The position numbers and the translations under genes were made by a program. Below are positions 21,250 to 30,439 of a stretch of 64,000 nucleotides of DNA, in pieces; positions within the stretch are counted from its first letter, which is position 1; every line of letters starts with the position of its first letter. Location: contig CAIYVX010000033.1 of assembly GCA_903929765.1 (NCBI GenBank), positions 5,037-69,036 on the forward strand, read 5' to 3'. The notes under the pieces were generated by a model. It searched no databases. It was given only the letters and a program-made list of their open reading frames with translations, and was not told the origin of the DNA. Source of the stretch: an uncultured Planctomycetia bacterium (GTDB lineage: Bacteria > Planctomycetota > Phycisphaerae > FEN-1346 > JAACEH01).

Positions 21250-22560
21250 ATGTTCCGCGCTGCCACAGTTTCCCTCGCCGTCATACTTTCCCTGGCCCTC
21301 TCCTCCGCCGTCCTGGCCCTTGATACCATCGAGCGCTACGACGACGGCCTGATCAAGATTAAATACACCGCCAACGCCGCCGGCCAGAAAATCGGCGACT
21401 ATCTCGAAAACTACCCCAAGGGCAAGATCAAGCTCAAGTGTTTCTACAAGGCCGACCAGCTCCACGGTCCCTGGACCAGCTACTACGAATCCGGCGCCGT
21501 CCACGTTAATACCGCCTACGCCGCCGGCCAGCTTCACGGTTCCTACGTCGAACAGGACGAAAAGGGCAAGATTCTCAAAGAGCAGGCTTTCTTCAACGGA
21601 CTATTGCTCTATCCGCGCTCGCAGCGCCAGATCGTCGCCACCCTGGCCGAAATCGGCGTTAAGACCAACGAAGGCCCGGTACTCGGCGAACCTTCGGGCG
21701 GTAAACGTGCCGCCGTCCCGAACACTAAGTCTTCTCCCGCCGCGCCTCTCGCCACCACTACCGGCTCCGGCGGCCTCACCGATCCGGCAAATATCGACGC
21801 GATTAAACGTCTCAACGCCTACCGCTACCTGGCCGGCGTCCCCTGGGACGTCACCCTCAACGCCGATTATTGCCAACTCTCCAGCAGCGGCGCCAAAATG
21901 CTCGCCATGCTCGGCCACCTCGACCACACCCCCGCCAACCCCGGCCTTCCGCCCGACGAATACAAGATGGCTTTTGCCGGCACCAGTCACGGCAACCTCC
22001 ATGAAGGTCGCGGCACACGCAGCTCCGTCGACGGTTACATCTTCGACAGCGATCCCAGGAACATCGATCGCGTCGGCCACCGCCGCTGGTGCCTCGACCC
22101 CGTCATGCTCCAGACCGGGTTCGGCGAGTCCGGCAAGTTCTCCGTCATGTACGCCTTCGACATGTCCCGCAGGAATTTTCCCGATTTCGATTATGTCGCC
22201 TGGCCCTGCGCCGGCTACATGCCCGTCACCTTCTTCGGCCACAACTATGCCTGGCACGTCTCCGTCAATCCGCAAAAGTACCTGGCCCCGACCCTCGACG
22301 TCAAAGCCGCCATCTACCCGCTCCTCGCCTCCGGTCCCGGCGTCCCCGACCCCGCCAAGCGCGGCCCAGCCCTCGCACTCGACTACCTCCACATCGACGA
22401 CAAACCCATCGGCCAGTTGAACAACGCCGTCATCTTCCGCCCCAAAAATCTGAACTTCAATGGCCCCCAGACCCGCTACTGGGTCGAAATCACCGGCCTC
22501 AAGAAAAAAGACGGCTCCGACGCCAAAATCGAATACCTGGTCGATTTCTGCTCGCTCTGA
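21250..22560 (+). CDS. Secreted protein with MORN/YwqK-like repeats and a CAP (SCP/PR1-like) C-terminal region
   Basis: Signal peptide MFRAATVSLAVILSLALSSAVLA. Repeats such as GPWTSYYESGAV and HGSYVEQDEKGKI. The later NAYRYLAGVPW...HRRWCLDP segment resembles a CAP domain. Confidence 0.5.
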   Translation: MFRAATVSLAVILSLALSSAVLALDTIERYDDGLIKIKYTANAAGQKIGDYLENYPKGKIKLKCFYKADQLHGPWTSYYESGAVHVNTAYAAGQLHGSYVEQDEKGKILKEQAFFNGLLLYPRSQRQIVATLAEIGVKTNEGPVLGEPSGGKRAAVPNTKSSPAAPLATTTGSGGLTDPANIDAIKRLNAYRYLAGVPWDVTLNADYCQLSSSGAKMLAMLGHLDHTPANPGLPPDEYKMAFAGTSHGNLHEGRGTRSSVDGYIFDSDPRNIDRVGHRRWCLDPVMLQTGFGESGKFSVMYAFDMSRRNFPDFDYVAWPCAGYMPVTFFGHNYAWHVSVNPQKYLAPTLDVKAAIYPLLASGPGVPDPAKRGPALALDYLHIDDKPIGQLNNAVIFRPKNLNFNGPQTRYWVEITGLKKKDGSDAKIEYLVDFCSL

Positions 22561-22564
22561 AAAA

Positions 22565-22596
22565 ACGGGCCATCGACCTTTCGGCCGACGGCCCGT
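22565..22596. terminator. Bidirectional hairpin terminator (copy 1 of a 32-nt repeat)
   Basis: aaaaa-acgggccatcgacctttcggccgacggcccgt-tttt, located between convergent genes. 30/32 identical to 23138-23169. Confidence 0.6.
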
Positions 22597-22623
22597 TTTC
22601 AAATTCCTCTGCCCCGCGAATCT

Positions 22624-23052
22624 CTACCGATGTTCTCGCTCATCGCGTCGCTCCGGCGGTCGCGCCTCATGGCGTTCCTCCGGCTGAGATCGATTTCCTT
22701 CAACATGTACGCCACCAACAGAAACGCTCCAGCGTCCCGACCGGTACCGATAGCCGCGATCAATATGCTCGTATTGCGGGGCCACCCAGACGTACCCGGC
22801 CTGCGGCGGACGCTCCCAATAGCCGGGGTGCCAGGCGTAGGCGTTGCCGGCCCAGACCCAATAGCCCTGGATCCAGACGTAGTCCGGGCCGGGAGGCGGC
22901 GACTGGGTGTCGGCCTGCGCCGTCGCCGGTGGAGGATTGGGTGCCACGACGTCGCCCCCCGACGCCTGCTCGCTCCCCTTGGTGCATCCGCCCAGGACCA
23001 GCGCCAGCACCACGGCCGGCGCGGCCAACCACAATAGTGCTTTCTTCATCAT
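22624..23052 (-). CDS. YXWGXW repeat-containing lipoprotein
   Basis: Signal/lipobox MMKKALLWLAAPAVVLALVLGGC. Repeats GYWVWAGNAYAWHPGYWERPP and GYVWVAPQY. Confidence 0.65.
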   Translation of the reverse strand: MMKKALLWLAAPAVVLALVLGGCTKGSEQASGGDVVAPNPPPATAQADTQSPPPGPDYVWIQGYWVWAGNAYAWHPGYWERPPQAGYVWVAPQYEHIDRGYRYRSGRWSVSVGGVHVEGNRSQPEERHEARPPERRDEREHR

Positions 23053-23137
23053 TCGCTCCCCCGAAAAAACAGTTTCCGAGACCAACTTCACATGGTCATT
23101 CTACTTGAAGCACCGTTCAGGCCGGTGAAAAAAAAGA

Positions 23138-23169
23138 ACGGGCCGCCGACCTTTCGGCCGACGGCCCGT
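23138..23169 (-). terminator. Hairpin terminator (copy 2 of the 32-nt repeat)
   Basis: acgggccgccgacctttcggccgacggcccgt preceded on the plus strand by an A-run, which becomes a U-run after the hairpin on the minus strand downstream of 23202..23654. Confidence 0.55.
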
Positions 23170-23201
23170 CCTGATTTACATCCGTTCACGTGCCGAAAAA
23201 C

Positions 23202-23654
23202 CTAGCGATGATGATGGTCGTCGTGATGCCCGCCGAACCAATGACCCCGCACATAATGCCAGCCGCCGCCGAACCGTTCCCAGCGCGGCCCGATCCAGAT
23301 CACGCCCGCGCCCGGGGGAACCGCCCAGTACCCGCGTACCCAGGCATACCCCGATCCGGTCCAGACGTAATATCCCGGCACCCAGACGTAGCCCGGCCCC
23401 GGAGCCGGCGGTTGCATCTCCACCACCGTCGCCGGCGGCGCCTGTTGCACCACCACGGCTTGCGGCGTTTCCTGCACCACCACCGGCTGAGGCGGCGCCT
23501 GGTACACCACGGTCGGCGGCGGAGGCGGCGGCGGTTGCTCCACCACAATCACCCGACGTGGCGGCGGCGGACGTTGCTCAATGACCAGGTTGCAGCCCAC
23601 GGCGACCACAACAACTCCCGCCACCAGCAACGCGATTACATGTGAACTTTTCAT
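23202..23654 (-). CDS. YXWGXW repeat-containing lipoprotein with Pro-rich linker and His-rich tail (paralog of 22624..23052)
   Basis: MKSSHVIALLVAGVVVVAVGC, PGYVWVPGYYVWTGSGYAWVRGYWAVPP, C-terminal GGHHDDHHHR. Confidence 0.65.
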   Translation of the reverse strand: MKSSHVIALLVAGVVVVAVGCNLVIEQRPPPPRRVIVVEQPPPPPPPTVVYQAPPQPVVVQETPQAVVVQQAPPATVVEMQPPAPGPGYVWVPGYYVWTGSGYAWVRGYWAVPPGAGVIWIGPRWERFGGGWHYVRGHWFGGHHDDHHHR

Positions 23655-23761
23655 CTTCCAACCTCCTGGCTTGAAATTACGCTCCTTGCTTCTTTACATA
23701 ACGTACACGGCGAATATTTATTACACCAGGGTGTGGGGTGCGTGCAAGCCGCACCCTACTT

Positions 23762-24415
23762 TTATTTCGCCGTGGCCCGCGCTCGCCGCACTTCGTCGAT
23801 AAACCGCGCCGCCGTTTCGGTGATCAATTTCCAGTTCCCCGTGGCCAGGGCGTCTTTGGAGACCAGTTCGCCGCCCACGCCCAGGAACTCCGCTCCGGCC
23901 TTGATAAAATTTCCCGCCGTCGTCAGGTTCACTCCGCCGGTGGGCGTCAGTTTGACCTGCGGCAACGGTCCTTTAATCGCCTTGAAATAATCTGGTCCGC
24001 CGACGCTGGCCGGGAAGACCTTGACCACTTCCGCTCCCGCCGTCCAGGCCGCAAAAATTTCCGTCGGCGTAAAGGCCCCGCAAATACAGGCTTTCTCGTG
24101 TCGGTGGGACTCGGCAATCACTTCCGGCGTCATGATCGGACTGACCACGAACTCCGCCCCCGCCTCAATCGCCGCTCGCGCCGTCGCCGCGTCCAGCACC
24201 GTCCCCACGCCCACCAGGGCGCTCGACCCCAGTTCCTTGGAAACCTTGCTGATTACTTCCAGGGCGTTGGGCGTGGTCATGGTGATTTCGATGGCGATGA
24301 TCCCGCCCTCTTTCAAAGCTTTGGCCACGTCGACCAGTTGTTCGCTTGACTTCGCCCGCACCACGGCCACGCAGCCCGAGGCCGCGATTCGCGCCACTGT
24401 TTCCGCTCGACCCAT
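23762..24415 (-). CDS. eda: 2-dehydro-3-deoxyphosphogluconate (KDPG) / 4-hydroxy-2-oxoglutarate aldolase
   Basis: Typical Eda length and motifs (AIEITMTTP, GAGTV-like GVGTVLD, FVVSP, VKVFPA, PTGGV). AAGGAAGG before ATG 24415. Confidence 0.85.
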   Translation of the reverse strand: MGRAETVARIAASGCVAVVRAKSSEQLVDVAKALKEGGIIAIEITMTTPNALEVISKVSKELGSSALVGVGTVLDAATARAAIEAGAEFVVSPIMTPEVIAESHRHEKACICGAFTPTEIFAAWTAGAEVVKVFPASVGGPDYFKAIKGPLPQVKLTPTGGVNLTTAGNFIKAGAEFLGVGGELVSKDALATGNWKLITETAARFIDEVRRARATAK

Positions 24416-24654
24416 CTTTGCCTTCCCTTCCTTGTTGTTAAATGTAGGTCGGGTCAACAGACCCGACAAGTTTTTTCTTGCTGAGTTGGCACATGATAGC
24501 CACAAACCCCGCTCCGGTCAACAAATCCGCAACAGCCGCGGAGCGGCGTTTGATAGTAGCCACGTGGCGCAAGCCCGTGGTTGAAATCGGCGGCACCCAC
24601 CCTTCTTTTTATTTTGTTTTTAGCCCCGGAGGGGCGACTGAAAAATAAATTAAA

Positions 24655-25200
24655 TCACTTTGCGTTATTCTCAAGGGCTGGTAGTGGGAGAATTTCTCGG
24701 TTACTGTTCAAGCAAAGAACATGGATCTCTTGGCCGTGAAGGACTTCAATAGACCCGAAAAGATCATCGATCACGGTACGGTGTAGGTTTTCGTCAGACA
24801 GGTAATCGATAACATCAGCATTTGAGAAAGCACGGGCCGACTGAAGCATTTTTTCTCTTTCATCTTCCTTCACGATTTGACTGGTTGCCCCGGATAAAGT
24901 GCAATCGCGTCGAATGCTATATGGGATACCATAGAGTCGGTCGAAACGAATAAGAAGAATGGGCCATTTGGCTAACGCTTCGGTCTGGTAGGGAACCTTG
25001 TTCCAGTATGCGTCTAGGCTAATTGCCGCTATTCCAGTTTCTTTTTCGTTACAGGCAACGAATGTTATCCAAGAAGAGTCGTGGAGCGTATAGTGGTCTA
25101 GGAATCTTGGCATCGTGGTTGAATACGAAAGTTCCCAGGGAAAGGTTCCCTCCAGAAGATCGTGGGCCAGCCATGCCGGATACCAATCGTCGTGGACCAT
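24655..25200 (-). CDS. Hypothetical protein (low-GC orphan ORF)
   Basis: 181-aa intact ORF. Visibly AT-richer than its neighbours. No motif recognised. Confidence 0.45.
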   Translation of the reverse strand: MVHDDWYPAWLAHDLLEGTFPWELSYSTTMPRFLDHYTLHDSSWITFVACNEKETGIAAISLDAYWNKVPYQTEALAKWPILLIRFDRLYGIPYSIRRDCTLSGATSQIVKEDEREKMLQSARAFSNADVIDYLSDENLHRTVIDDLFGSIEVLHGQEIHVLCLNSNREILPLPALENNAK

Positions 25201-25229
25201 GATGAATTCCTTTGTGTAATCGCCAGCTT

Positions 25230-25799
25230 CTATCGTTCCGGAAACTCAATCAGCGTCTGCGTCTTCAGGATAGTCAGATACTCCGGGAAGACATGGAAGG
25301 CGTGCAGCACAAAGCCGCCGCCGGCGTGATCCGGGAACGTCACGGCCAGCGGCCAGAGTTTGCGTTCCACGCCCTCGATCCGGTACTCGCACGACAGCCC
25401 TTCCTTGAGGGCCTGTTTACGCAGATCCTCGTAGGCCGCCTCGAAAAGCTGTTCGTTGAGCGTCTCCGTCTCGAAGTTGATCCGGTGGCGGAACCCGTTG
25501 CGCAGTTCCGCCCGGGCTTCGTCCTCGCCCACCAGGGCCACCGACGCGATCCGCCCCCGGTCCGGAATCGCCAGCCCCGCCGGCCCGACGATCTCCGTTA
25601 CGCAGCGCTCGTAAGATCGTCCTTTGCCGACGCGGCGCACCGTCAGCACGTGTGAGAGGCCGGTGATCCAGATTTCGGCCTCCAGGTCGCGGCCCTTGTA
25701 GAACCGCTGGGCGAAGACCTTGAAAAACTCGGGATGCAGCGGCCTCAGGTAGAGGTAGAGCATCATGTCGGACGGTTTTGTTGACAGCACTTCAGCCAC
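25230..25799 (-). CDS. Conserved hypothetical protein (possibly DUF2617-like)
   Basis: 189-aa ORF with normal host-like composition (LYLYLRPLHPEFF...). The family assignment is from memory only. Confidence 0.45.
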   Translation of the reverse strand: MAEVLSTKPSDMMLYLYLRPLHPEFFKVFAQRFYKGRDLEAEIWITGLSHVLTVRRVGKGRSYERCVTEIVGPAGLAIPDRGRIASVALVGEDEARAELRNGFRHRINFETETLNEQLFEAAYEDLRKQALKEGLSCEYRIEGVERKLWPLAVTFPDHAGGGFVLHAFHVFPEYLTILKTQTLIEFPER

Positions 25800-25822
25800 A
25801 GTTCATCTTCCTTCCCAGCGTG

Positions 25823-25853
25823 GGTGGCATGGACCACGCTTGCGTGGCCATGG
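25823..25853 (+). repeat. REP-like element copy 4 (variant inner stem)
   Basis: ggtggcatggaccacgcttgcgtggccatgg: same GGTGGCATGG head and CCATG tail, with a different but still self-complementary inner stem. Confidence 0.7.
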
Positions 25854-25986
25854 TTACGCCGGAATTATAGTCTCCCGGACCGGCCCGACCAAGCCGATTC
25901 GCTCCCGCTCGGCGGGATTCTGCCTTTACCTTGTCGCCCTGATGGAATATCATAAGGCACATCAACCGCCGCACCGGAGGACGCGC

Positions 25987-26262
25987 ATGAACAGCTTTCT
26001 GCTTTGGGTCGTGGCCCTGCCGCTTCTGACGATCTTCCTCGCCGCGGGGTGCAGCGAAGGCCCGCCGCGAACGCCGCAGCAGACCCGGGAGGAAGCCCAC
26101 CAGGCCGCCGAGGCCGCCCAGAATAAAGCCCTGACCGCCGACGCCGAGCGCCGCCAGAAGGCCGAATCCGACCGCGCGCCCAATGCCGCCGACAGTTCGC
26201 CCGAAGCCCCGGCCCACCTGCACCCGGACACGTCCGACGAGGACGAGGAGATGGACAAATAG
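25987..26262 (+). CDS. Small acidic lipoprotein (hypothetical)
   Basis: MNSFLLWVVALPLLTIFLAAGC signal/lipobox from ATG 25987. The longer track ORF from 25765 overlaps the upstream gene and a REP. Confidence 0.4.
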   Translation: MNSFLLWVVALPLLTIFLAAGCSEGPPRTPQQTREEAHQAAEAAQNKALTADAERRQKAESDRAPNAADSSPEAPAHLHPDTSDEDEEMDK

Positions 26263-26319
26263 AATGTAGGTCGGGTTTCGGCCCGACCGCTTTTCTCTGT
26301 TTCTCTTGGAGCAACGGTA

Positions 26320-27471
26320 GTGATGCCTTTACGAATATTAATTCTCCTCATCCTGGCCCTGGCCACCATCGCTGCTCTGGCGGTCGCGCCCGTGGCGGCC
26401 CAATTGAGCGCCAACGCCGCCACCACTGCGGCTCCCGCCGCGCCGCTGCCGCCAAACAATAATGCGGTGGAAGACAATGCCGCCCGGCAACGCGCCGAAG
26501 CTGCGGCCAAATTCGAGCAAATTAAACAGCAAATGTTGCAAGAGGCCGAAGCCAACCGCCAGCAAATGGTTCAGAAGTTCGCCGTTCAAGCCGGCCCGAA
26601 CAACCTGCCGGGTGGCGCTGTGCAGATTCAGATCAACCAGCAAGTTGCCAGCGGGGGCGGGGCGGTTTTCATCCAGCAGCAAGGCGGCGGGCAGGCGACG
26701 GCCATCATCAATCTGAGCGGTGGATCGCCGATAACATTGGTGAACGGCCAACCCGTCCCGGCCGAGACCGCTTCTGCCACGGCCTCGTCCGCGCCCACTC
26801 CCGCCGTACCCGCCGTCCCCATCGACCAGCGCGAACTTCCCGCTCTGGTGGCGGCGCTCGGCGGCGAAAACTGGGCGGCGCGGCAAGGGGCCGAAGACCA
26901 GTTGACCGCCGCCGGACCGGACATCCTCGCCCGGCTCGATCCCTTTCTCGCCAAGGCCGCCGACCCCGAAGCCCTCTGGCGACTCGAACGCATTTACCGG
27001 GCTCTCACTCCCCCGGACCGCTATGTCGCCACCGGACCGCCGGCCTACCTGGGCATCGGTTTCAGCATGGTTTCCTCCGGCATCGACTCCCGGCTGTCCG
27101 GGCGAAACTGGGGCGTGCAACTGGTCCTGGTCCAGCCCGGCTCGCCCGCCGATCAGGCCGGACTGGCCGTCAACGATCTGATCGTCTCCATCAACGGCGA
27201 ACCCTTCGTCGGCAGTTTCACCGACGGGGCCTCCAACCAGGGGATTACCGAGCGGATTCAGAGTTACGGCATCGGCGCCGAGGTCAAGATCGTCTTTTTC
27301 CGCGGCCAGGAACGGCGCGAAGCCACCGTCAAACTCGCGCCCCGGACCGACGGCTTTGTCCAGCCCGTTCCACCCGCTCAGAAATGGAAACGCTATTGGA
27401 CCAAGCACCTGGCCGACCTCCGCGCCGCCGAAGCGCCAACGCCCGCGTCCCCGGCCGGCCCGAAAAAGTAG
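26320..27471 (+). CDS. PDZ domain-containing secreted protein
   Basis: Signal peptide. C-terminal PDZ segment GVQLVLVQPGSPADQAGLAVNDLIVSINGEPF. Confidence 0.6.
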   Translation: MMPLRILILLILALATIAALAVAPVAAQLSANAATTAAPAAPLPPNNNAVEDNAARQRAEAAAKFEQIKQQMLQEAEANRQQMVQKFAVQAGPNNLPGGAVQIQINQQVASGGGAVFIQQQGGGQATAIINLSGGSPITLVNGQPVPAETASATASSAPTPAVPAVPIDQRELPALVAALGGENWAARQGAEDQLTAAGPDILARLDPFLAKAADPEALWRLERIYRALTPPDRYVATGPPAYLGIGFSMVSSGIDSRLSGRNWGVQLVLVQPGSPADQAGLAVNDLIVSINGEPFVGSFTDGASNQGITERIQSYGIGAEVKIVFFRGQERREATVKLAPRTDGFVQPVPPAQKWKRYWTKHLADLRAAEAPTPASPAGPKK

Positions 27472-27622
27472 GGTGGTTGTTGGCAGTCACACTGTTCTTG
27501 CAGGGCGGTTGCGCCGTTTGCCGCCGCCATAATCAAAGGCCGTGTTCCGCTTGGCGTTGCCGTTTTTTTCTGCAGTACCTGAAGACTGAGGACCGAAGAC
27601 TGCTGTAAAAAGGAGACTCTCT

Positions 27623-28630
27623 ATGCGTTGGCTGGTCACCGGAGGCGCTGGTTTCATCGGTTCGAATTTCGTCCGCCTGGTCCTCAAAGAGCGGCCGGAA
27701 ATCGATCTGCTCAACTTTGACGCCCTGACCTACGCCGGCAACCTCGACAACCTGGCCGACGTCCGCGACCTGCCGCGCTACAAATTCCAGCGCGGCCGCA
27801 TCCAGGACCGCGCCGCCGTCGAACTGGCCCTGGCCGACGGGGCGGACGTGATCGTCAACTTCGCCGCCGAGAGTCACGTCGACCGCTCCATTGTCGATTC
27901 CGCCCCCTTCATCGACACCAACGTCCTGGGCACCCAGGTGCTGCTGGACGCCGCTCGCCGGGCCAAAGTCGGCCGCTTCCTCCACGTCTCGACCGACGAG
28001 GTCTACGGCTCGCTCGGCAAGGAGGGCTATTTCACCGAAACGACGCCGATTTCGCCAAATTCCCCATATTCGGCCTCGAAGGCCGCGAGCGACCTCCTGG
28101 TCCACGCCGCCGTCCACACCTTCGGCGACGCCGCGGTTATCACCCGCTGTTCCAATAATTATGGACCATATCAATTCCCTGAAAAATTGTTGCCGCTGAT
28201 GATTTCCAATGCTTTGGAAGGCAAGCCTTTACCCGTTTACGGCGACGGCCAGCAGATCCGCGACTGGATTCACGTCGAGGATCATTGCCGGGCCATTCTC
28301 GCCGCCGCCGAGCGCGGCCGTCCCGGCCAGGTCTACAACATCGGCGGCCACGCCGAACGGGCCAACCTCGACGTCGTCCGCGAAATCCTCCGCCAGCTCG
28401 GCCAGCCCGACAGCCTGATCAAGTTCGTCAAGGACCGTCCCGGCCACGACCGCCGCTACGCCATCGACTCCCGGAAAATCGAGACCGAACTCGGCTGGAC
28501 CCGCAAATGGAACTTCGAGGACGGCCTGGCCGACACCATCCGTTGGTATCAGGAACACACCAAGTGGTGGCAGCGGATCAAGGACGGCACGTACCAGGCC
28601 TTCTACGACCAGTGGTACGGCGGGCGGTAA
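27623..28630 (+). CDS. rfbB: dTDP-glucose 4,6-dehydratase
   Basis: GGAGFIGSNF Rossmann motif, the YSASKAASD catalytic triad region, DRPGHDRRYAID. Confidence 0.95.
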   Translation: MRWLVTGGAGFIGSNFVRLVLKERPEIDLLNFDALTYAGNLDNLADVRDLPRYKFQRGRIQDRAAVELALADGADVIVNFAAESHVDRSIVDSAPFIDTNVLGTQVLLDAARRAKVGRFLHVSTDEVYGSLGKEGYFTETTPISPNSPYSASKAASDLLVHAAVHTFGDAAVITRCSNNYGPYQFPEKLLPLMISNALEGKPLPVYGDGQQIRDWIHVEDHCRAILAAAERGRPGQVYNIGGHAERANLDVVREILRQLGQPDSLIKFVKDRPGHDRRYAIDSRKIETELGWTRKWNFEDGLADTIRWYQEHTKWWQRIKDGTYQAFYDQWYGGR

Positions 28631-28687
28631 TAGTCCTCATATAACCAAGGAATCTGGGTGCTACACCGTGTCCCCAAAAAGCCGGGG

Positions 28688-28708
28688 GCCAGGGTGTGGC
28701 ACCCTGGC
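28688..28708. terminator. Perfect 9-bp hairpin between convergent genes
   Basis: gccagggtg-tgg-caccctggc. A T-run follows only on the minus strand. Confidence 0.4.
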
Positions 28709-28757
28709 TCCGTGAAGCGCTGGATAAACATAATAATTTGGGATCAGCCGCTCAGAT

Positions 28758-29138
28758 TTACGAATCTTCCCCCGGCGGCTCCTGGCCCGCCGCTTTGTTG
28801 CGAGCGTCTTGCTTGTCCTGCTTGTCCTGCTCCACGGCTTTGCGGTAGGCAACCACGCGGCGCTTCTGGAGGGAGGCCAGCAGGATGATCGAGAGGGCCC
28901 CCAGGACGAAGACCGCGCCCCAGGCCATCAGCACGCGGGTGTTGGGCCGGCCCGTCGGGATGGTGCTGCCCGTTGGCACGCCGGCGTGGTAGTTGATCGA
29001 GAGGGCGCTGCTGTTTGATTCCGCCGGGACATTGGTCGAAGTGACGGCGTTGTCTTCGGCCGAGGCGGCACCGGCCAGGACCGCCACCAGCCCCAGGGCC
29101 AAGGCGAAGGCGACTTTTTCAAACCGGCGGTTGCTCAC
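28758..29138 (-). CDS. Hypothetical membrane-anchored protein
   Basis: N-terminal signal-like segment, C-terminal TM (AWGAVFVLGALSIILLASL) plus a charged tail. No motif recognised. Confidence 0.35.
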   Translation of the reverse strand: MSNRRFEKVAFALALGLVAVLAGAASAEDNAVTSTNVPAESNSSALSINYHAGVPTGSTIPTGRPNTRVLMAWGAVFVLGALSIILLASLQKRRVVAYRKAVEQDKQDKQDARNKAAGQEPPGEDS

Positions 29139-29188
29139 GAGTCACCTCTTGGTTAGAACGCGCCTCCGGCCTCGCGATTGAACGAACA

Positions 29189-29275
29189 TGGTGCTCGGGA
29201 CAGGAGTCGAACCTGCAAGCCCTTGCGGGCACTGCCACCTCAAAGCAGCGTGTCTGCCAATTCCACCACCCGAGC
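29189..29275 (-). tRNA. tRNA-Leu (anticodon GAG), long variable arm, CCA encoded
   Basis: Minus-strand read: GCUCGGG-UG-GUGGAAUUGGCAGACACG-CUGCU-UUGAGGU-GGCAG-long variable arm-GCAGGUUCGACUCCUGU-CCCGAGC-ACCA. The cloverleaf folds by hand. Confidence 0.9.
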
Positions 29276-29307
29276 TTCAAAAAAACTCACACCGTTGTAA
29301 CGTGCGG

Positions 29308-29337
29308 CATTATATGAGCCGGCTCCGCCACCTGTCA
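29308..29337 (-). promoter_or_regulatory. Consensus sigma70 promoter of tRNA-Leu (TTGACA-N18-TATAAT)
   Basis: Minus strand: TTGACA (29337-29332), 18-nt spacer, TATAAT (29313-29308). About 33 nt upstream of the tRNA 5' end. Confidence 0.6.
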
Positions 29338-29526
29338 AGGCCAAGTGTCTGGCCGCCGGGTCCGGAGGGGTCGAAAAAAATATTCCAGAAAAGTGACAAT
29401 TATGTGTCAGCGGGCTTGACACCGTCCGGGGCGGAGGTAAAGTAGGACTCGGTGTTAGACGATATGTGATAATGGAGCCGCTGGGATGTGGGGTGTGTGG
29501 GACTGGCTCTGGTTGGAGGTTGTCGC

Positions 29527-29706
29527 ATGAACTGTACAGCGTGTGGCGGCGAGATGCACCTGGTCCGCGAAGTGACCGAAGGATCGAAAACCTATCTCTG
29601 GTACGCCTGTGAGGATATCTCCTGCGGCCGGGAGTTGCTGCACATCAAGACCGACGGGCCGTCTCCGGGAAAGACCGAGACCAAATCCGAGCCGCCGATC
29701 CAATAA
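29527..29706 (+). CDS. Small zinc-ribbon protein (hypothetical)
   Basis: MNCTACGG...YACEDISCG gives a CxxC...CxxxxC pattern, 59 aa. A weak promoter-like TTGACA-N16-TAAAGT lies upstream. Confidence 0.3.
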   Translation: MNCTACGGEMHLVREVTEGSKTYLWYACEDISCGRELLHIKTDGPSPGKTETKSEPPIQ

Positions 29707-29740
29707 CCAGGCTGGTTTCAATTCATTAATTGGATGTCCA

Positions 29741-30373
29741 TTATTTATTCCTGAGCCGCACGGCCAGGCCGAGTTGCTCCAGTTCCAGCGACAGGGCGAC
29801 GGTCGAAACCACCACGGCCGCCGGCACGTCGAGCCGCACCGGCGAAAAGTTCAGCAGGCCCTGGATGCCCGCCCGCACCAGCAGGTCGGCCACGTCCTGG
29901 GCGGCGCTGCCCGGCACGGCCAGAATGGCCAGCCGAATCCGGTCCCGCTGGCAGACGAAGTGGAGCTTGGCGATGTCCTGGACGATCAGGCCGCCGTACT
30001 GCCGGCCGACCTTGCGCAGGTCGTTGTCGAGCAGGGCCGTGATCTTGAAGCCGCGCCGCTCGAAACCGGGATAAGTCGCCAGGGCCCGGCCCAGGTTCCC
30101 AGCCCCCACCAGGGCCACCGGCCGCAACTGATCCGTGCCGAGGATGCGGCGGAACTGTTCGGCGAGGGCGGGGCAGAGGTACCCGATGCCGGCTCGGCCC
30201 AGCGGCCCGAAGCGGGCCAGGTCTTTGCGGACCTGCGCCGCCGTGAGGCCCAGGCTCTCGGCCAATTGGCCGCTGGAAACCTTCGTCTGGCCCGCCTCCA
30301 GGAGCGACTCGACTTCACGCAGATAGAGACTGAGCCGCAGCGCCGCAGCCTTGGGAATCGTCTGTTTGGCCAA
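29741..30373 (-). CDS. rex: Redox-sensing transcriptional repressor Rex
   Basis: Winged-helix RLSLYLREVESL...SSGQLAESLGLTAAQVRKDLARFG and NAD-binding VALVGAGNLGRAL. TTG start at 30373 with GGAG 7 nt upstream. Confidence 0.9.
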   Translation of the reverse strand: MAKQTIPKAAALRLSLYLREVESLLEAGQTKVSSGQLAESLGLTAAQVRKDLARFGPLGRAGIGYLCPALAEQFRRILGTDQLRPVALVGAGNLGRALATYPGFERRGFKITALLDNDLRKVGRQYGGLIVQDIAKLHFVCQRDRIRLAILAVPGSAAQDVADLLVRAGIQGLLNFSPVRLDVPAAVVVSTVALSLELEQLGLAVRLRNK

Positions 30374-30439
30374 GCTAATTCTCCAGTTTTACAATACTTT
30401 CCGGTTCATCCGGAAATTTCTGGAAGTTTCGAGGAAACA

